Virus record (IMG/VR): IMGVR_UViG_3300020444_000002
Span: 1 to 64,000 of that record
Reading direction: 5' to 3' (one strand)
Source: a virus
Length of the DNA: 64,000 nucleotides
Below, one piece after another: positions 59,818 through 64,000 of the stretch. Both the position numbers and the translations under genes were made by a program. The notes below the pieces were generated by a model, which was not told the origin of the DNA, ran no database searches, and saw nothing but the letters and a program-made list of their open reading frames with translations. Numbering within the stretch: the stretch's first letter is position 1; each line of letters opens with the position of its first letter.

Positions 59818-60296
59818 ATTCTAGACTCCAGAAATTCTAATGTTTTTTTCATCCAACGTGGCGTGTCATCTACCGTGCTAACTCCGTCGAACAACTGGAA
59901 CCCATTAGCCACACGACTCAAGTGTTTATAAGCATCCCTGTAACTATTACCGTCACCACTAAATAACTTGAACGGAGCAAATATTTCTCGCTTTTCTTCA
60001 TCATCATGGTCAATGGGTTCAACCGCCAAAGCCGTAATGGAATAAGCGCTAACTTCATTAACACCTTCGTCAATATATTTCATAGAAAATAACTCGGCAG
60101 TGTTAAGATATTCCTCTAGATTACGAATCTGCTCAGAGTTTTCTGCTTCAAGTACAATTACTGTTCGCTTGTAGTTATCGGCGAACCCAACACCTGCATT
60201 TTGCAATGACATTGCTGCATGAACAGCTTGTGCTGCTGCCTTGCCAGCGCTCATATTTAGTTCTTTGTTCAGCACGACATATAGTATCTTACTCAT
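59814..60296 (-). CDS. Peptidyl-tRNA hydrolase, Pth2 family
   Basis: LNMSAGKAAAQAVHAA...IDEG.NEV...TALA; leaderless start TACAAT-7-ATG. Confidence 0.85.
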   Translation of the reverse strand: MSKILYVVLNKELNMSAGKAAAQAVHAAMSLQNAGVGFADNYKRTVIVLEAENSEQIRNLEEYLNTAELFSMKYIDEGVNEVSAYSITALAVEPIDHDDEEKREIFAPFKLFSGDGNSYRDAYKHLSRVANGFQLFDGVSTVDDTPRWMKKTLEFLESRI

Positions 60297-60344
60297 ACTA
60301 TCTATTGTAGTGGTTTTGCGACAAAAAAGCAAGAGCTTTTTGCA

Positions 60345-61247
60345 CTAAAATTTATAGTTTACATCCCCAAACTGGGCTACATTTATACCATAAACATCAC
60401 GAAGCATGTCGGCTACTTGTGGGCGGTCATCGAACCAAATAAGAATATTATACTTCCCCTTAATGTACCGTTCAATCATATCTGCTTTGACGAGCGTATC
60501 CTTAACTTGACCGCCGTTCTCATCAACATGGTCGGTCCTGCGCATATAGAGTTCATCATATTCAATGTCGTGTTTCTCCAACCAGGCCTCTGTTTCCGGG
60601 CGACACACCTCATCCCGGCCACTAAAAATAAACAACTTAGCGTAATCTATCAAAGCGATACCATCTAGCATGTGCGCAAGGCCTAAGTTAATATCGTCAT
60701 TCCCTACCTTGTGCCATTCGTAGGGGCTTCTATCTTTTGGCCCTGTTGTAAGTGTGCCGTCCAGGTCGGAAACAATAACATAAGGCAGCTCTGGGTCGTG
60801 TTTCAAGAACGTGGGCATTGTCTTCACGAAACTGTTAAACATCTTGCGAATCACCTGTTCGCCTACTGAATTTTCTCTATTAGCGTCCCGTCTTATTAAC
60901 TCTGCTATTGGAATATCTAGGAAGTCTTTTGTCCTAACATTTGCTCCAAATTCTCGCGCAATTGATGATATTCCGCTAACGTGCTTGGGATTGAGATTTG
61001 TGTCTGAACTGACGACGTTCTTGCCACTTGCAAGGCTGTTTCGTATAATGCGATTACGCTCTTTAAGTACAATCGACTCGTCACCACGTTTATAGTTGTA
61101 CTGTCCGTCCTTAAATAACCTTTTGTCTTTTCTAATTTCATCTTTTTCTACCCGTACCCAGCCTTCTGTTTCTAGCTTTTTTGCATATGTTGTTTTACCG
61201 CTAGCCGGAAGGCCGCGCAATATAAGCATTTGTAGTCTTTCTGTCAT
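60345..61247 (-). CDS. Polynucleotide kinase / 3'-phosphatase (T4 PseT-like)
   Basis: RGLPASGKTT kinase plus DLDGTL...SGR...FDDR HAD phosphatase. Confidence 0.93.
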   Translation of the reverse strand: MTERLQMLILRGLPASGKTTYAKKLETEGWVRVEKDEIRKDKRLFKDGQYNYKRGDESIVLKERNRIIRNSLASGKNVVSSDTNLNPKHVSGISSIAREFGANVRTKDFLDIPIAELIRRDANRENSVGEQVIRKMFNSFVKTMPTFLKHDPELPYVIVSDLDGTLTTGPKDRSPYEWHKVGNDDINLGLAHMLDGIALIDYAKLFIFSGRDEVCRPETEAWLEKHDIEYDELYMRRTDHVDENGGQVKDTLVKADMIERYIKGKYNILIWFDDRPQVADMLRDVYGINVAQFGDVNYKF

Positions 61248-61249
61248 GT

Positions 61250-62536
61250 CTATTCAACTTTTCCTTCTTCTTCCATATCAAGGGTACCATCGGCAACTGC
61301 TTGGTTGTCATGACCAACAAATGTCGCACTCTTGCATTTAAGTGTAAATGGAGCAATCCCCTCTGCGCGAATTACTACGCCCTCATCACATGGAGTATCT
61401 TTATCTAATGGGACAGCCTGTGGATAGCCGTCCTCTTTATATCTATGTAGTGTTTCATGGCCAGCAAAGTCAGCCCATTCTTCTGGCTTGAAGTCTTTAT
61501 ATTTCCCCCTCCACAGCAACGGAACAACCTTTAAATCACGGTCGCGACAAAACTCTACAATCTGGTCGTAACTCATGTCCAAAACAACACCCTCTGGGTT
61601 AATTGTTGCAACACGATACACATATAGCTCTGCAAGACCCTGTGGCACTTGGTATGTGTACTTACTCTGCAATGGCGCACCGTCAGCAGTCCAACCAACT
61701 AGTTCCCCATAAACAAGATAGCCTTTTGGAATCTTACCAACCAGTTTCTCTCCCTCTGTAGACCAAATATCAGTATCATAGAAGTGAACATGAGTAGGGT
61801 TATTTTTATCTTTAATAACTCTACGGCTACCGTACACATAATCATACTCCCTGTCTACAACAGTTACACCGACCTTATGTGCAATCTTTTCGAGACGCGA
61901 TAACTTACGGTGAACAATCGTATTGGCGATACGAATTGAAGTACCGTGCAACTTCTGTGTAACTGTTACTTCTTTTTCCTCCGGGATTACATGGCTATAC
62001 TTGAAGTAATTATCTGTATCATAGTGTTGTGGCAGGAACTTTTCATCAACACGGCTAAATATTTTTTTGTTCTTTTCTAGCACCCTCTCTTTATGCGTGC
62101 GCTTACGAACAAACTTACGGCAGATTTCATGGTCGCCAATACGGTCAAAAGTGTCACCCTCTTTGAATTGCGATAAATCTAACCTTTTAATATAAGACAA
62201 CGAATCAAGCCCGACAATTAGCGCATCTGAACGATGCCCGCGCAATTTTAGTGAGCGAACATGACGGTTGTCCTCTAGGTAGCCAGATTGTGACTGGTCT
62301 TCGTTTTTGTCGTTATGGCGGTGCAGGTTATTCCTGTAGGCAAATTCCTCAGATAATTGCGTACCAGCAGTGAATACTAATGCAAGCTCTCCATAATCAG
62401 AGTCTTTAGCGACAAGAGCCTGGCTTCCCAGCACTTGAAGACCTACAAGGTTGTCTAGACCTTCTAGGGCCACAGGTGACGGCAAGCGCACTATAACACC
62501 TGCGTAATCTTTGTTATCCGGTTCAAGTAATTTCAT
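61250..62536 (-). CDS. RNA ligase (DRB0094-like) with N-terminal OB-type domain
   Basis: TQKLHGTS, YGELVG, VPLL, EGVVIR, LKCKS. Confidence 0.85.
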   Translation of the reverse strand: MKLLEPDNKDYAGVIVRLPSPVALEGLDNLVGLQVLGSQALVAKDSDYGELALVFTAGTQLSEEFAYRNNLHRHNDKNEDQSQSGYLEDNRHVRSLKLRGHRSDALIVGLDSLSYIKRLDLSQFKEGDTFDRIGDHEICRKFVRKRTHKERVLEKNKKIFSRVDEKFLPQHYDTDNYFKYSHVIPEEKEVTVTQKLHGTSIRIANTIVHRKLSRLEKIAHKVGVTVVDREYDYVYGSRRVIKDKNNPTHVHFYDTDIWSTEGEKLVGKIPKGYLVYGELVGWTADGAPLQSKYTYQVPQGLAELYVYRVATINPEGVVLDMSYDQIVEFCRDRDLKVVPLLWRGKYKDFKPEEWADFAGHETLHRYKEDGYPQAVPLDKDTPCDEGVVIRAEGIAPFTLKCKSATFVGHDNQAVADGTLDMEEEGKVE

Positions 62537-62807
62537 CTTTTTCTTTTTCCATTCTTTCTAATATCATTGCGTATGTGTTCGCATAGCCAGCGAGGTCAAC
62601 TATCGAATCGTGATGGTCCGGGGTGTTTATTAACCTAGCTACCTTAACCTGAACCATGTATAAAGCGTGCTTCAATCGCGGATCGATATTAGACTCAAGT
62701 ATTGGTTCTGCCATTTTTGCGACCTTAGCAAAATCATCTGCTGGATGCCCGTAGACATTTTGTCTATCTTCCTTCGTTAAACTCTTTGCTTCGTCTAATA
62801 TCCCCAT
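62523..62807 (-). CDS. DUF6378-like protein
   Basis: DRQNVYGHP..DF...KVARL...DSIVDLAGYA. Confidence 0.7.
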   Translation of the reverse strand: MGILDEAKSLTKEDRQNVYGHPADDFAKVAKMAEPILESNIDPRLKHALYMVQVKVARLINTPDHHDSIVDLAGYANTYAMILERMEKEKDEIT

Positions 62808-62849
62808 AACTCTATTTTATGACAAAAAAATGAGAAAAGCAAGAGCTTT

Positions 62850-63638
62850 TTACGGTCCGGCATGCCAAGTTTTGCTATTACCAAGTTTTGTAAGATTAAT
62901 AACAAGGGAATTACCCTCTGCCGGTATTTTGAGAGTCTGGCCATTTACCTCCGTTAAGTGGTCAACGGGAACGAACCAATCTATGTAATTCTGAAACCCG
63001 CACTTTCTAATATCAAGGCCGAGGTTAACATCCGGGCCAAGGCCATTGTCGCTATGAAAGTCATGTTGCTTGTATAGGTCAGCTCTGATTAACGCACAAT
63101 AAAGCCCGCAAGCGTCAATCTCCTCCACTAAACTGCTACCAACCTTACTCTCCATACTCTTCACAATTTTAGTTTCGTATATATCATCAGCTCTCCAAGC
63201 GCCGACGTACGGTATACCCCAACGGCCTAGTTCTACACCAGTAACCATTCCCACGTTTGGCTTTGACTCAGCGTCATTAACAAGCCAGGACAGTGCATTC
63301 GGCGGCAACAGACCATCATCCTCAACAGAAAATATCCAATCAACGTCGTCGCTAACAAGACGTTTTATTTGGTTGTGTATAGCACTGATATGCCAACGCC
63401 TTTGCGGTATTGTGCTAGCTGGGCTGTTTGATGCTTCACTCTGCACACAAAGTACATCTGCGAACGGCAATGATGAGACTTTGTTTCTAACCTTTAGCCA
63501 CATTTCATTGTCCCCATCAACGACAACTAATAGCGAAAGGCGTTCTTTGTAAGATTGGTTTAATAGCGAAGGTAAAACATAATCAAGATATTGTATCCTG
63601 CTTACTGGTAGAATTGTTAAGATTTTCATATTTTTCAT
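62850..63638 (-). CDS. GT-A fold glycosyltransferase-like protein
   Basis: VEDDGLLP DxD-like motif; IDACGLYCALI; GPDVNLG. Confidence 0.7.
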   Translation of the reverse strand: MKNMKILTILPVSRIQYLDYVLPSLLNQSYKERLSLLVVVDGDNEMWLKVRNKVSSLPFADVLCVQSEASNSPASTIPQRRWHISAIHNQIKRLVSDDVDWIFSVEDDGLLPPNALSWLVNDAESKPNVGMVTGVELGRWGIPYVGAWRADDIYETKIVKSMESKVGSSLVEEIDACGLYCALIRADLYKQHDFHSDNGLGPDVNLGLDIRKCGFQNYIDWFVPVDHLTEVNGQTLKIPAEGNSLVINLTKLGNSKTWHAGP

Positions 63639-63982
63639 TGTATTTTTGTACTACTTTTCTATATTTGTGATTCGCCTCGCGCCTTTGCGTAGTCGTGTCT
63701 GATGCCGCAAACTGCACCACTATCGGTAGCAGTTCTAAAACAAAATCGACTTTGAGTTCTATGCGGTCAAGTTGGCTCATTAAGTTTTATCTTTTTGTAT
63801 TTTCTTTTATTTTTAGTTACTGTTATTTCAAGAGCAGTCTGGTCACCTATGGGGTTACCCCATTGATTAGTTGAGAAGGTGTCTATACACCAAATCTCTG
63901 GGTGTACTTCCCAGCAAGTGGCGCTTGGCGTATGGCCGAATACTTGTGGTATCCGCTCATATTCTGCCCTGTTCGGGCGCAC
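63583..63982 (-). other. Two small hypothetical ORFs (63767-63982, 63583-63780)
   Basis: Overlapping co-oriented ORFs. Confidence 0.45.
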
Positions 63983-64000
63983 CCATATAGGGGAACTGTC

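Noticed and set aside
1-64000. Stop-codon reassignment
   Set aside because: Long genes are intact in the standard code, all three stops are used as gene ends, and no suppressor tRNA is visible.

Overview
About 64 kb of a tailed dsDNA phage (siphovirus-like, standard genetic code), mostly on the minus strand. Several accessory genes point to a Saccharibacteria/CPR host, which is an inference. The window holds the first-transcribed part of a tRNA array (8 tRNAs visible, truncated at the window edge), a lysis module, and a morphogenesis region in unusual order: TerS, TerL, portal, two ADP-ribosyltransferases, tail-tip/fibre genes, a fused protease-scaffold-capsid gene, connectors, tail tube, tape measure. 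It also has many small early genes behind a repeated sigma70-type promoter, a ParB/TET/glycosyltransferase DNA-modification cassette, and a tRNA/RNA repair set (PNK-phosphatase, RNA ligase, Pth2, CCA-type enzyme, nucleotidyltransferase). No integrase or DNA polymerase is in view. Two findings stand out. (1) A leaderless 28-codon peptide with mutually exclusive terminator and antiterminator hairpins sits directly in front of the tRNA array, and its residues largely match the downstream tRNA isotypes; this looks like a ribosome-stalling attenuator that would turn on phage tRNAs when host tRNAs fail. (2) There is a rich non-coding RNA layer: a promoter-driven array of four RNA cassettes each closed by a ~22-27 bp stem (one cloverleaf-like), two further large structured RNAs, and a covarying leader shared by two HNH genes. 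All calls are by eye; no searches or folding programs were run.
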